Shown: positions 1 to 9,377 of the stretch, piece by piece
Layout: each line of letters starts with the position of its first letter
Position numbering within the stretch: the first letter of the stretch is position 1
Assembly: GCA_964291405.2 (NCBI GenBank)
Contig: OZ219926.1
Span: 2,592,001 to 2,656,000, forward strand
Reading direction: 5' to 3'
Length of the DNA: 64,000 nucleotides
Source of the DNA: Thermodesulfobacteriota bacterium
GTDB lineage: Bacteria > Desulfobacterota > Binatia > Bin18
Notes under the pieces: model-generated
Database searches by the model: none
Seen by the model: only the letters and a program-made list of their open reading frames with translations
Told to the model about the DNA's origin: nothing
Made by a program: the position numbers and the translations under genes

Positions 1-42
1 TAAGAAACGAAAGCGGATGATCCAGCGGAAAAATGACTCCAT
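1..42 (-). CDS. 5' end of a probable membrane protein running off the left edge (MESFFRWIIRFRFL; resembles the N-terminus of MMPL/RND-type transporters)
   Basis: ATG at 42-40 on the minus strand with an AAGGAG RBS upstream; frame open to the window edge; only 14 codons visible. Confidence 0.45.
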   Translation of the reverse strand, partial: MESFFRWIIRFRFL

Positions 43-157
43 GCTGACGATAGCTCCTTATACTTTTGGCACTGACACTTCTAAGTAGATGCGAGAGAGA
101 GTTCCCCGCTACTCGGGCGAAGCGACAATTAGCAGGAGCAGAGGAGATAAGCTATAA

Positions 158-364
158 GCGAGGCAGATCGTCTACACCCTGACCGAGAAGGGAATCGCTC
201 TGATCCCTGTCCTGGTAGAACTGGTGCGCTGGGGAGCACGCTACGCCGGTGTGCCCAATTTTGACTGCGACGAGGTTCGACGGATTCAGCAGGATAGGCG
301 GTACACGCAACGCGTCATACGCGAACTGACGAAAGGCTGTACCTCCACTCCTGAACGCTCTTAG
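158..364 (+). pseudogene. C-terminal remnant of an HxlR-type winged-helix regulator
   Basis: Reads RQIVYTLTEKGIALIPVLVELVRWGARY, the typical HxlR C-terminal motif; in-frame TAA at 155-157 and no N-terminal HTH or start codon. Confidence 0.65.
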
Positions 365-1188
365 CCTTCCCTCTGCTCCTCGAAGGTCCGATCGATCCGT
401 TCAAACCGTCGCCGGATGGGTGTCCGGCTTTCCTCGTGGGGCAGGATGTAGAGACGATTGGCAACGATGGCATCCACAACTTGCATTGCAACATCCTCCA
501 CGTCCAGGACCCGACCGGCGAGATTTTGATTGTCTTCTCCCTGGTCGAGCACGGGTGGTGACGCCTCCGGACCCCCCAACTCGTTGGGACGATTGCGCTC
601 CGAGTGACCAATATTGGTGGCCACACGCATCGGACACAGGACAGACACTCCAATATCGTGCGCCCGTAGCTCCCGACGCAGAACCTCAGCTAAAGCCACG
701 ACTCCATACTTGGAAACACAGTACGGACCTAGTCCAACGTTGGGGACGAGGCCGGCAAACGAGGCGGTAAACAGCAGATGACCGCCCTGACCTTGAGCGA
801 TCATGCGTTGCGTAAAGGCTTCAACACCGTGGATCGGACCCCATAAATTGACCCGCATGGTCCACTCCCAGTCGCTATGCTTCATTTCAGCGATTGGCCC
901 GCCAACAGCAACCCCAGCATTATGGAATACAATGTGAACCGCGCCCATTTTTTCAAATGCGGTGTCAGCCAGGTGTTGAACGGCCTTCAGGTCGCCGATA
1001 TCGCAGACGACTCCCTCTACGGCGGCGTCTGTCGCTGCGAGCTCAGCAACTGCCCGGTCCAGGGCCGACTCTTCAATATCGGCTAACACGAGTCGGACGC
1101 CTCGACTGGCAAGGCGGCGGGCGGTGGCAAAGCCTATCCCACTTGCCCCACCCGTGATGACGGCAACTTTAGCGGCGAGGTGTTCCAT
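361..1188 (-). CDS. Short-chain dehydrogenase/reductase (SDR)
   Basis: TGGASGIG Rossmann motif, HNAG, catalytic S and YCVSK (YxxxK). Confidence 0.95.
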   Translation of the reverse strand: MEHLAAKVAVITGGASGIGFATARRLASRGVRLVLADIEESALDRAVAELAATDAAVEGVVCDIGDLKAVQHLADTAFEKMGAVHIVFHNAGVAVGGPIAEMKHSDWEWTMRVNLWGPIHGVEAFTQRMIAQGQGGHLLFTASFAGLVPNVGLGPYCVSKYGVVALAEVLRRELRAHDIGVSVLCPMRVATNIGHSERNRPNELGGPEASPPVLDQGEDNQNLAGRVLDVEDVAMQVVDAIVANRLYILPHEESRTPIRRRFERIDRTFEEQREG

Positions 1189-1220
1189 GCTTTATTCCCT
1201 TTCATGTGTCGGGCAGGGGC

Positions 1221-2945
1221 TTACTCAATGACCAGGAGGCCCTCAACAAAGCGGAGGTCGGCGGCCTGGACATCGATAGCCAGGGCCTCTTCAATCGTGT
1301 CGCGTGCATAGGCCGCAAGGGGGCCAAGGGCATGCAACTCCTGTGGCGTGATTGCGAGCGGTGAGCGGCGAGCCCCCCTTATGAAGGGGGGGTGGGGGGA
1401 TAGAAAGTGCGTCTGGAACGCCTCCCAGCGTTCTTCGAGGGTGGCATGCGGGAGCTGGTCGTGAAGCGCCTGAAGCTCGACCCGGTTCAAGGGGTGAATA
1501 CTAAGCTGATTTTCAAGGACCCACCGCGCAAAGGCTGTATTCAAAAGAGCAGTCAGGCAAACTCCTTCAGGCGCCTTTTCTTCGGGTAATATGGACCAGC
1601 GCCGGAAGACCCAGAACCAGGTCGGGATCTGGGCCAGCAGCGATTCGACCTGTCGAATCTCGGACAGTTGCCCAAAGCGTCGGGACACGATCTCGCCCGG
1701 TGTCTCCAGACCAACAAAAAAGAGCGGCTCGCGTCGTCTGATCCCGGCATACATCTCCCGAAACGGCGGATCGAGATAGCTCTCCCACTCGGACAGACCG
1801 CTCTCATCTAGCTGCGTAGCCATGAGACCGGCCTGCTGCTGGAGGCGCTGGAGCAGGCCCCAGCCGGTCTGGAAGAACGGACGAATCTGTGTCGTTTGGA
1901 GGAGTTCACGCGCGACGGTCCCATCTTCTTTGGCCACGTAGGACAGACCAATATTGACATAGTCGTGCGCCATGCCAACGCAGCGACGAATTTCGCTGAC
2001 TTCTCCGGTATCCCGGGCCTCAGCCGTGACAATATTATTGGTCAGATAGGCGAGTTCCTGGCCAATCTGCGCAATGATCTGGTGTGGCAGGCTCGCCAAT
2101 ACCTGGGAGAAAAAAGACGTGGGCTCGGCGAGCAGCGCTAAAGCGTGATCGGGTGGCGTAATCGTCTCATCCCCAGCAGCAAGATGAAGCGTGTCGGGGG
2201 AACGCTGATATGCCTGTAGCGGAATGGAGTCCGGCGGGATAAAGCGGAAGAGCGCTTGCGCCTCTTCATATATCGGATAGCCACGGTCTTCGAGGCGCGC
2301 CGCTCGCCAGCGAAACGCCTGCTCTTCAAGGCCGCTTTCGAGTTCAAACAAACTGTTTTCGAGCGCGTGGAGATACCTGCGATAATCGAGCGTACGGAGT
2401 TGCTCAAGCAGGAGGTATAAAATGGGCTCCGACTCGCCGCGGAAGCGGAGGAGATACTGATCGTCGAAGGTGAAATATTTGGACTCGTCAAAGTCCGGCT
2501 CCTCCTCGATATCCACTTTGCGGACAACCTCAAAGTGGCGTTGAATCAGGAAGACCAGGAGTTCGATGTCGGCGTGCAAGATCCATTCAGCCAGCTTACT
2601 ACTCCCGCTTTCATCGAGCAGCATCAGCCAGTTTGTCAAACGCTCGTCATCCAATCTGTCCTTGCGCCAACAGTCCAAGTCCAGCATGTCGCGTACCTGT
2701 TCAGGCGCCGCCATTGTCAGGAGTCCGACCGCATCGTGTAGCCCAATCTCCTTGAGTGTATACAGCAACGTCTCAGAGGAGAGCGCCCGGACTATTGCCA
2801 CACCATTCTTTGCCGAGAGAAGGAATTCTTGCCGCTCTTTGGCCTCGAGCTGCACCAGTTGAGCTGTCTGTTCGGCGACTGAGAGCTCGGGCAGACCGGA
2901 CGGGTCGGGATGGAGCACATGCTCAGAATCCGTCATAGGTTTCAC
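1221..2945 (-). CDS. DUF6178-like conserved hypothetical protein
   Basis: 574-aa acidic helical ORF with LDLDCW..DRLD..RL..WL and ELEE.A.RWR..RLED.G.P-type motifs recalled from DUF6178; ATG overlaps the upstream stop. Confidence 0.7.
   Translation of the reverse strand: MKPMTDSEHVLHPDPSGLPELSVAEQTAQLVQLEAKERQEFLLSAKNGVAIVRALSSETLLYTLKEIGLHDAVGLLTMAAPEQVRDMLDLDCWRKDRLDDERLTNWLMLLDESGSSKLAEWILHADIELLVFLIQRHFEVVRKVDIEEEPDFDESKYFTFDDQYLLRFRGESEPILYLLLEQLRTLDYRRYLHALENSLFELESGLEEQAFRWRAARLEDRGYPIYEEAQALFRFIPPDSIPLQAYQRSPDTLHLAAGDETITPPDHALALLAEPTSFFSQVLASLPHQIIAQIGQELAYLTNNIVTAEARDTGEVSEIRRCVGMAHDYVNIGLSYVAKEDGTVARELLQTTQIRPFFQTGWGLLQRLQQQAGLMATQLDESGLSEWESYLDPPFREMYAGIRRREPLFFVGLETPGEIVSRRFGQLSEIRQVESLLAQIPTWFWVFRRWSILPEEKAPEGVCLTALLNTAFARWVLENQLSIHPLNRVELQALHDQLPHATLEERWEAFQTHFLSPHPPFIRGARRSPLAITPQELHALGPLAAYARDTIEEALAIDVQAADLRFVEGLLVIE
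1354..1402. repeat. Palindromic element (CCCCCCTT-atg-AAGGGGGG plus GYGAGCG heptamers) inside the DUF6178 CDS
   Basis: Perfect 8-bp stem at 1373-1391; heptamer repeats at 1354-1372. Confidence 0.55.
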
Positions 2946-3814
2946 TCGGTCTGCGTATAGTGATCGATAAAGGCCAGGGCCTGGTCCCAGCCGAGTAGGC
3001 CGTTGAACACCTCATTAAACGGCAGCATCTCATGCCACGTTCCCTGGGTTGTGCCGGTCTCTCGGAGCGTCTGTAAGGTTTTTTTCATATGGTACGCCGC
3101 AGCCAGGACGTTGGTTACCGGATAGATGGCAAGACAAAACCCGAGATCCTCAAGGTCGCGCGCGGGCAGGAATGGCGTCTTCCCGCCTTCAACCATATTG
3201 ACCATAAGCGGGGTAGTCGAAAATTCGCGGCAGACCAACTCCATCTGTTTGACTGACTCGAACGCCTCAAAGAACAGCATATCTGTTCCGGACTCCAGAC
3301 AGGCGGACGCCCGTGCCATAGCATCGTCGAGCCCATTCACGGCAATCGCGTCAATCCGGGCAATGATGACGGTGTCAGGATTCGTCCGGTTGTCCACCGC
3401 GGCCCGAATTTTGGCAGTATGGTCAGCGGCCGAGACCAAGCGTTTTCCACCCAGATGACCGCAGCGGCGCGGTACATCCTGATCCTCAATGTGGAGACCG
3501 GCGACATGCACCCGCTCATATTCCTGGACCATCCTGACGACATTCAAGACGGAACCAAAGCCTGCTTCGGCATCAGCGATGACCGGAACACTCACTGCAC
3601 GACAGACGCCTTCGAGTTGGATAACCATCTCGGTCAGCGTCCGCATTCCAAAGTCTGGATAGCCCAGCGCGCCAGCAGAGACACCGCCGGAGTAGTATAC
3701 CAGCGGAAATCCCGCTTCTTCGACAAGTCGAGCGGAAATAACATCATAGGCACCTGCGGCCATGAGAAACTGGTCCTGGGAAAGTAGGGTTCGGAGAGAT
3801 TGAGTCTGGGACAT
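2942..3814 (-). CDS. Isocitrate lyase/PEP mutase superfamily enzyme (methylisocitrate lyase-like)
   Basis: DAEAGFG, HIEDQ, RRCGH active-site loop, IIARID, NMVEGGKTP. Confidence 0.9.
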   Translation of the reverse strand: MSQTQSLRTLLSQDQFLMAAGAYDVISARLVEEAGFPLVYYSGGVSAGALGYPDFGMRTLTEMVIQLEGVCRAVSVPVIADAEAGFGSVLNVVRMVQEYERVHVAGLHIEDQDVPRRCGHLGGKRLVSAADHTAKIRAAVDNRTNPDTVIIARIDAIAVNGLDDAMARASACLESGTDMLFFEAFESVKQMELVCREFSTTPLMVNMVEGGKTPFLPARDLEDLGFCLAIYPVTNVLAAAYHMKKTLQTLRETGTTQGTWHEMLPFNEVFNGLLGWDQALAFIDHYTQTE

Positions 3815-4021
3815 GAAAAGAGAAACTCCTTACAACTGAAGAATACGAATATCCGGAGGGTCATTTCTGACACGCGAGGAGCGCTTGTCAAGGGAGGAAA
3901 GAAAACATCTCACCCCTTGCTTTTCGGCGCGGAGTCAGCCACAAGGGCGAAAAGAGTCGATGTGTCTGCCAATCAGACACATCTGCCGAACACGGTTACT
4001 CTTTTCAGAGGAGGGAATGGT

Positions 4022-4636
4022 ATGAGTAATCTTGCGTATCAAGACAACAGTTACACACTCGAACAGCTTGCCGAAGATGTGGAAGCGCTGGTCGCCCGTG
4101 AAAGGGAACACGCCGCGATTGTTGCGGCGGCGGAACCCCTGCTGGAACGTTTTCTGGCCGCTGGCAGCCTTCCGGAAGAGTACTGTCAACCAGCTCCTGG
4201 TCGTATTACTACTGAGCATAAAGACTTCACCCTGTATCGCCTCCACCGTGGGCCTGAAGACTGCTTTAATATTATGGTCGCCATCTGGCCCCCAGGCGGA
4301 TCGAGCGGGGTGCACGATCATGCCGGGAACTGGGTCGTCGAAGGTGTGTATCGGAACCAGCTCCATACCATTCGGTATAAACGTCTCGACGCTGGGACGC
4401 AGCCGGGATATGCGGAACTGCGCGAGACCACCGCGCTCGACCTCCGACCGGGTGATGTCGCCCACGTCCTGTCTCCGAACGAAGAGGTCCATGATTTTCT
4501 GAACCAGACCGACGAGCCGGTTGTGAGCGTCCATATCTATGGTGGGGATATCAGCACCGAAACGCTGAACTATTTTGACCCGGCCGGCAAGTCGGTCGAG
4601 CGTGTTGCCCACGACCTGCAATACGATAACGAATAG
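4022..4636 (+). CDS. Cysteine dioxygenase-family thiol dioxygenase (cupin)
   Basis: HDH plus the His of EEVH form the 3-His triad; SVHIY Ser-His-Tyr motif; start moved to ATG 4022 behind GAGGG. Confidence 0.85.
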   Translation: MSNLAYQDNSYTLEQLAEDVEALVAREREHAAIVAAAEPLLERFLAAGSLPEEYCQPAPGRITTEHKDFTLYRLHRGPEDCFNIMVAIWPPGGSSGVHDHAGNWVVEGVYRNQLHTIRYKRLDAGTQPGYAELRETTALDLRPGDVAHVLSPNEEVHDFLNQTDEPVVSVHIYGGDISTETLNYFDPAGKSVERVAHDLQYDNE

Positions 4637-4690
4637 GCGCTTCGGAGAGAAGAGACTGCCCCTATCTCTGCGTGGTCAGGCTCTCACCCT

Positions 4691-5437
4691 TCACATTAAG
4701 GAGAGCGTGACCGCCGCAGCTTCCGGGCTGAGCAGGGAGGGGGTTTTTTCCGGAAGCAGCATAAAGTCGTCATAAGCTGCCTCTGATACGCTGGTCATGG
4801 TGTCGGAGTCCGAGAGCACGGCGATACCGCGTACCTTGCCCGGTTCAAAGCCAAACAGGTCCTTATAGTCCTGGTAGAAATTCACGCTTTCCTGTCGCCA
4901 CTCACCGGGCTCGGCCGGTCCACGCTGTAAGACGACGACCTTGGCGCGCCAATAGACCGGGCTGTCGAACCGGCTGCCAACCGCGAGCGTCGAGCTCCAG
5001 ACGTATTTAATCGCCCGCGGCAGCAGGCGGCTACCAAAAATTACGTAGACGGCCGCGGCCGAATCGTTCGTTTTCTTCGCTCGTTCGTTGGCGCCGAGAG
5101 GGAGTTTGGTTGCGCGCCAGCGCCAGCGCAAAATGGGGTAGTCCTGAGGCTCACAGATATGTTCTATGCCAATCTGGACATCCTGGTTGTTGGCATAGGC
5201 GTGCAGAAACCGATTGCCCTCTTCCTCGGCAATGTGGTAGACGGCCTGCGCAGTCGCTTCGTTGCCGCGCACCTTCCAGCCCGACGGGAAGACACCGGCC
5301 GGGTATTGCTGAAAGGTCTCCTGAAAGGGCGGTGAGCCCTGGAGTGTCTGCGCCCACCCATCATCAGGGTCGGCCGCTCTGGGGGCCAACACGCAGACAA
5401 TCAGGAATGCCGTGAACCACGCAACACGCACTCTCAC
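4691..5437 (-). CDS. DUF3047 domain exported protein
   Basis: Signal peptide; LRWRW, DSAAAVYV, IKYVWS and DSD motifs. Confidence 0.85.
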   Translation of the reverse strand: MRVRVAWFTAFLIVCVLAPRAADPDDGWAQTLQGSPPFQETFQQYPAGVFPSGWKVRGNEATAQAVYHIAEEEGNRFLHAYANNQDVQIGIEHICEPQDYPILRWRWRATKLPLGANERAKKTNDSAAAVYVIFGSRLLPRAIKYVWSSTLAVGSRFDSPVYWRAKVVVLQRGPAEPGEWRQESVNFYQDYKDLFGFEPGKVRGIAVLSDSDTMTSVSEAAYDDFMLLPEKTPSLLSPEAAAVTLSLM

Positions 5438-5659
5438 CTCCTCGCTCCTCTACTTGTTGACCGAGCCGGGTCCGAACCGTCTTCAATAAACCATTGCGGA
5501 TAGGAGCATCGATAGAGGAAGGACCTGCGGAGTGCAAGTCTGACAAGGATGGCCGCTCTTTCGTGGCATTGGCACGTCTCCTGGGACTGTGGTATCTAGG
5601 CGGCACGCTATTAAGAATAAGCAAAGACCTGTTCGGGCTTTGTGAGGAGACTGCTGCAC

Positions 5660-6631
5660 ATGGAAATTCTTGCAGAGGGGCAGGGGGCATACCTTCCGCC
5701 TGATCCCGATGGGTTCCGCGCCTGGGTGAGAGACAATAAGCCGCGGACGCTTGTACATAAAGTGATGAACGAGCACGAAGTCATTGAGAAGTTTGTCTCT
5801 GATGGAGACTATGTGGCGTATGACTGCAACTACTTCCAGCGCGGCCCGAGTTCGCTGATCCGCGAGATTATTCGCCAACAGAAAAAGGACCTGTGGATCT
5901 GCGGGAAATTCACGTATGTCGCGCTCGCGCTGCTGGTCGAAGGGGGCTGTGCCACCAGGGCGGATATCGGGTTTGTTGGTTTTGGCCCCTGGTTGTCCAA
6001 GGCGGTCGCCGCAGGTCGCCTTCAAACCTACGAGTACTCAAATGTGGTGATGACCTATCGGCTGCAGGCAGGCGCGCAGGGCTTGCCGTTTATTGGCGTG
6101 CGGTCGTTTGGAGGAACCGCCGGCTTTTCTCAATCCGGGGCCAAGCTGGTCAAAGACCCGTTTTCGGGCAAGCCGGTTGTCCTGCTGCCCGCGCTGAACC
6201 CGGATGTTTCGATCATCCATGTGCATCAGGCTGACGTGTACGGCAATGCCCGCGTCTTTGGTACTGGCATCTCCCATGTTGATTGTGCCCTGGCGTCCAA
6301 AAGGGTCATTGTGTCCGCCGAAGAAATTATCGAAACGGATGAATTTCGACGCGACCCGGCCCGGACGTCCATCCCCCATTTTACGGTTGATGCGGTCGTG
6401 CATGCGCCTTTTGGCGCCTATCCGGGGACGGTCCAGGGGCGCTATGCCTCAGATGTCCAGCACGTGGTCGAGTGTTTCGGCGGGACCATGCGCGGCGACC
6501 TGCAACCCTATCTTGAAAAATGGGTGTATAGTGTCGATTCGCATGATGAGATGTTGGAAAAGCGCGTGGGGTGGAAAAAACTCCAGGAGTTACAACGACG
6601 CGAAACCATTCGGGAGGGATACTCGATATGA
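5660..6631 (+). CDS. Family I CoA-transferase subunit A (glutaconate CoA-transferase GctA-like)
   Basis: AGAQGLPF, PALNPDVSIIHVHQADVYGN, PFGAYP motifs; GAGGAG RBS before ATG 5660. Confidence 0.88.
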   Translation: MEILAEGQGAYLPPDPDGFRAWVRDNKPRTLVHKVMNEHEVIEKFVSDGDYVAYDCNYFQRGPSSLIREIIRQQKKDLWICGKFTYVALALLVEGGCATRADIGFVGFGPWLSKAVAAGRLQTYEYSNVVMTYRLQAGAQGLPFIGVRSFGGTAGFSQSGAKLVKDPFSGKPVVLLPALNPDVSIIHVHQADVYGNARVFGTGISHVDCALASKRVIVSAEEIIETDEFRRDPARTSIPHFTVDAVVHAPFGAYPGTVQGRYASDVQHVVECFGGTMRGDLQPYLEKWVYSVDSHDEMLEKRVGWKKLQELQRRETIREGYSI

Positions 6632-7479
6632 CACCGGCCACACATTTTGCGGAACGAGAGCATTTGATCTGTGCCGTCTCGCGGGTCATTGAGGAAGAAA
6701 AGAGCTATTGGGTCGGTGGCGGCGGCGAGCCCTTATACAGCATTTTACTGGCCCAGCGGCTGTACGCCTCAGGCGTCCAATACATGACCGAGGATGGCGT
6801 GATTGCCCCGCAATCCATGATGCCCTGGGACCCGCTGATGACCATGGTAGCCTCACGGGCCGGCTATCGCGCCCTCCAGTGGGGAACCATGAATACGGCG
6901 GGCAATTTTGCCCAACTCGGCTATGTCGATGTCGGTATCCTCAACACCCTCCAGGTTGATCGATACGGCAATATCAATTCAACCGTACTGGGAGAATACG
7001 AAGGTGGCCAAGGTCGGCGTTTTGGCGGCCCGGGTGGCGCCGATACTATTGCCGCCCAATGCTGGCGCACAATCCTGATGACCGACCAACAAAAGCGGAA
7101 GTTCCCCGAACAGGTGGACTTTATTTCATCACCGGGCTTTCTCGACGGACCAGGAGCGCGCGAGGCCAACGGCCTGCCCCCAGGAACCGGTCCATGGCGG
7201 GTTTTCACCCCGTGGGCGATGTTCGGCTATGAAGAAAAGTCGTGTGAGCTGATGCTTATGGCGATTTCACCGTTCGTCACGGTCGATATGGTTCTGGCCG
7301 AGATGTCCTTTGAGCCGAAAATAGCCCCGACCATTGAAACACTTGATCCTCCCATGGAAGAAGAGTTGGAGATCATCCGCACCCAGCTTGATACGGATGG
7401 GCAAACAACGGGTCGTGGGCAGTGGATCGAAAAACGGGACGACAAATACGTCTTTGCCGAAACGCAGGGACGCGAGTAA
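6628..7479 (+). CDS. Family I CoA-transferase subunit B (GctB-like)
   Basis: TEDG (putative catalytic Glu), QVDRYGNINST, GPGGA, VDFISSPG; ATGA overlap with subunit A. Confidence 0.88.
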   Translation: MTPATHFAEREHLICAVSRVIEEEKSYWVGGGGEPLYSILLAQRLYASGVQYMTEDGVIAPQSMMPWDPLMTMVASRAGYRALQWGTMNTAGNFAQLGYVDVGILNTLQVDRYGNINSTVLGEYEGGQGRRFGGPGGADTIAAQCWRTILMTDQQKRKFPEQVDFISSPGFLDGPGAREANGLPPGTGPWRVFTPWAMFGYEEKSCELMLMAISPFVTVDMVLAEMSFEPKIAPTIETLDPPMEEELEIIRTQLDTDGQTTGRGQWIEKRDDKYVFAETQGRE

Positions 7480-7530
7480 GGAGCCTCAAGGTTTCTCGTT
7501 CCGTTTTTGATGGCGTATAAGGGCGACGTT

Positions 7531-8016
7531 TTATTCCTTGTCGCTCCTTATGTGATCGACGCTCTGCCCTGTCTCCTCAGCCCATTGCCGAATAATTTTT
7601 TCCAGCCTTGCTGCCTGCGCACTCGTCAGACCGTGGACAAAGCGTTCCACCTTTCTGTGCCGCCAGATGGGCAGCCTTTTATGCTCCGGCATTGACTCAA
7701 AGGGAAAGAATATATCGCGATACAGGGCGACCGTGATTTCATGGGCTTGTTTTTTGTCAATATTCTCCCAGCACCAACGGAAAAACTCTTGGATTTGAAC
7801 GACAACAAGGCTGAAGATACAAGTTTCTAGCCATTCCTTGGACGACATCTTGTTTGATTGTCTCTGGGTGGGTTCGCTCTTCTCTGTTTCCTTTTTTGTG
7901 GCTTCTGTTTTTTTCTTTGGAGCTGATTTCTTCACGGTCCGTTTTGCCTGTGGCCGTGCCCCCTTTTTTTTCAGTCGTGCTGTTGGTTTCTGCTCCTTTT
8001 GCGCCTTCTTGGCCAT
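7531..8016 (-). CDS. Hypothetical protein with Lys-rich N-terminal tail
   Basis: 161-aa ORF filling the gap between genes; low-complexity K/A/E/T N-terminus and helical C-terminus; no family recognised. Confidence 0.55.
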   Translation of the reverse strand: MAKKAQKEQKPTARLKKKGARPQAKRTVKKSAPKKKTEATKKETEKSEPTQRQSNKMSSKEWLETCIFSLVVVQIQEFFRWCWENIDKKQAHEITVALYRDIFFPFESMPEHKRLPIWRHRKVERFVHGLTSAQAARLEKIIRQWAEETGQSVDHIRSDKE

Positions 8017-8245
8017 CTCTGTATCATACCAAGACTTCTCCTTGCGTCTATCGGTTGCTGGAGTGGGTAGCTAATTTTTCTCTGCAATATATGTCTCCGT
8101 CGATCGATTTCGGTCAAAAGTCTTTTAACAACAGTGGTTTAAACAGTATGCAACGAGAGACTTTCTCTGGAAGAAAGCCACTCTTTCCACAGCGATGGAA
8201 TAGTGGAGGCGAGATTACCCGACCTCTAGAGTCGGCCGTTATGGA

Positions 8246-9316
8246 CTACCCGCCTCTGGGCGAATCGGAAGAAGTCTCTACTCGTCGGGGGCCAGAGTCC
8301 AGTAGGCCGCAGGCTTCGGCGATGAGCTCATAGGAGCGCACACGCTTGGAAAAATCATAACAAATCGTCACAACGCCGAGGTCAGTGGTCTGAAATACCT
8401 CGGCCAGGTGTTCGAGTTGCTCTTTCACCTGCTGAGGGTCGCCGTCAACATTGGCGCGACGATACTGTTCCAGATAGGCCAGTTCGTCAGCGCTATACGG
8501 ATAGGCGCGGGCCTCCTCAGGTGTAGGAACCCCCTGCCGACGACCCCGAATGATATTCAGCCGCACCAGATTTCTGCTTGCCGACAGATGTTGCGCCTCT
8601 TCTTCAGTCTCCGCACATAAAGCCTGAACTGTCACATTGACTTTGGGTTCGGCCAGCAGTTCTGATGAACGAAAGTGACGACGGTAGCTCTCAACAATAG
8701 CCGGACCATGCTGGACGCCCATCCCGAAGAAATAGGCATAGCTAAACGGCAGACCCCGCTCAGCAGCAATGAGGGCCGAGTCAATGCCCGAGCCGAGCAA
8801 CCAGACCTCCGGCGTGGTGCCCGCCGTTGGTCCGGCATGCACATCGGCAAAACGATGATCCGGAGGGAGATTATCTGCCAGATAGGCAATCAGGTCGTCG
8901 ACCTGCTCCGGGTAATACCGAATATCGCGGGGTTGACCAGGGTAGGAGAGCGCGACCGCGGTTCGTTGATCGCTCCCTGGCGCACGGCCAAGGCCGAGGT
9001 CGATGCGGCCAGGATAAAAGGACTCAAGGACGCGGAATATCTCGGCAACTTTGAGGGCGCTGTAGTGGGACAGCATCACGCCCCCGCTCCCGACTCGAAT
9101 ATGTTGCGTACGGGCGGCAATTTGGCCAATCACGATTTCCGGGCTGGTGCCGGCGAAGCCGGGCAGATTGTGATGCTCAGCTACCCAGAAACGTTCATAG
9201 CCGAATTTTTCCACCGCCCCGGCAAGGGCGACCGTCTCCCGTAACGCCTGGGCGGCTGTTCCCCCTTGTCGGACAGGAGATTGATCCGCCACACTCAAAT
9301 GCAGTTGTTGGGTCAT
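8246..9316 (-). CDS. Luciferase-like (LLM) flavin-dependent oxidoreductase, YhbW/MsnO8 group
   Basis: RFWVAEHH, IRVGSGGVML.HY, GRIDLGLGRAPG, VWLLGS. Confidence 0.93.
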   Translation of the reverse strand: MTQQLHLSVADQSPVRQGGTAAQALRETVALAGAVEKFGYERFWVAEHHNLPGFAGTSPEIVIGQIAARTQHIRVGSGGVMLSHYSALKVAEIFRVLESFYPGRIDLGLGRAPGSDQRTAVALSYPGQPRDIRYYPEQVDDLIAYLADNLPPDHRFADVHAGPTAGTTPEVWLLGSGIDSALIAAERGLPFSYAYFFGMGVQHGPAIVESYRRHFRSSELLAEPKVNVTVQALCAETEEEAQHLSASRNLVRLNIIRGRRQGVPTPEEARAYPYSADELAYLEQYRRANVDGDPQQVKEQLEHLAEVFQTTDLGVVTICYDFSKRVRSYELIAEACGLLDSGPRRVETSSDSPRGG

Positions 9317-9321
9317 AGCTT

Positions 9322-9350
9322 AAAAAAAGGGCAGCCCCGTAGGACTGCCC
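9322..9350 (-). terminator. Intrinsic terminator downstream of the esterase gene
   Basis: Minus strand GGGCAGUCC-UACG-GGGCUGCCC-U7: 9-bp stem with a UNCG tetraloop. Confidence 0.85.
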
Positions 9351-9377
9351 CGTGCTGCCTTGTCTGTGTGGCAGGCT

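Noticed and set aside
5660-7479. IpdAB steroid ring hydrolase
   Set aside because: Subunit B retains the Gct-type Glu (TEDG) and no steroid C/D-ring cluster surrounds it; left as a generic family I CoA-transferase
8195-8262. TAGTGGAGGCG.. resembling the reverse complement of a tRNA/tmRNA 3' end (att site)
   Set aside because: Match too short, no T-arm (GTTCGA) and no integrase
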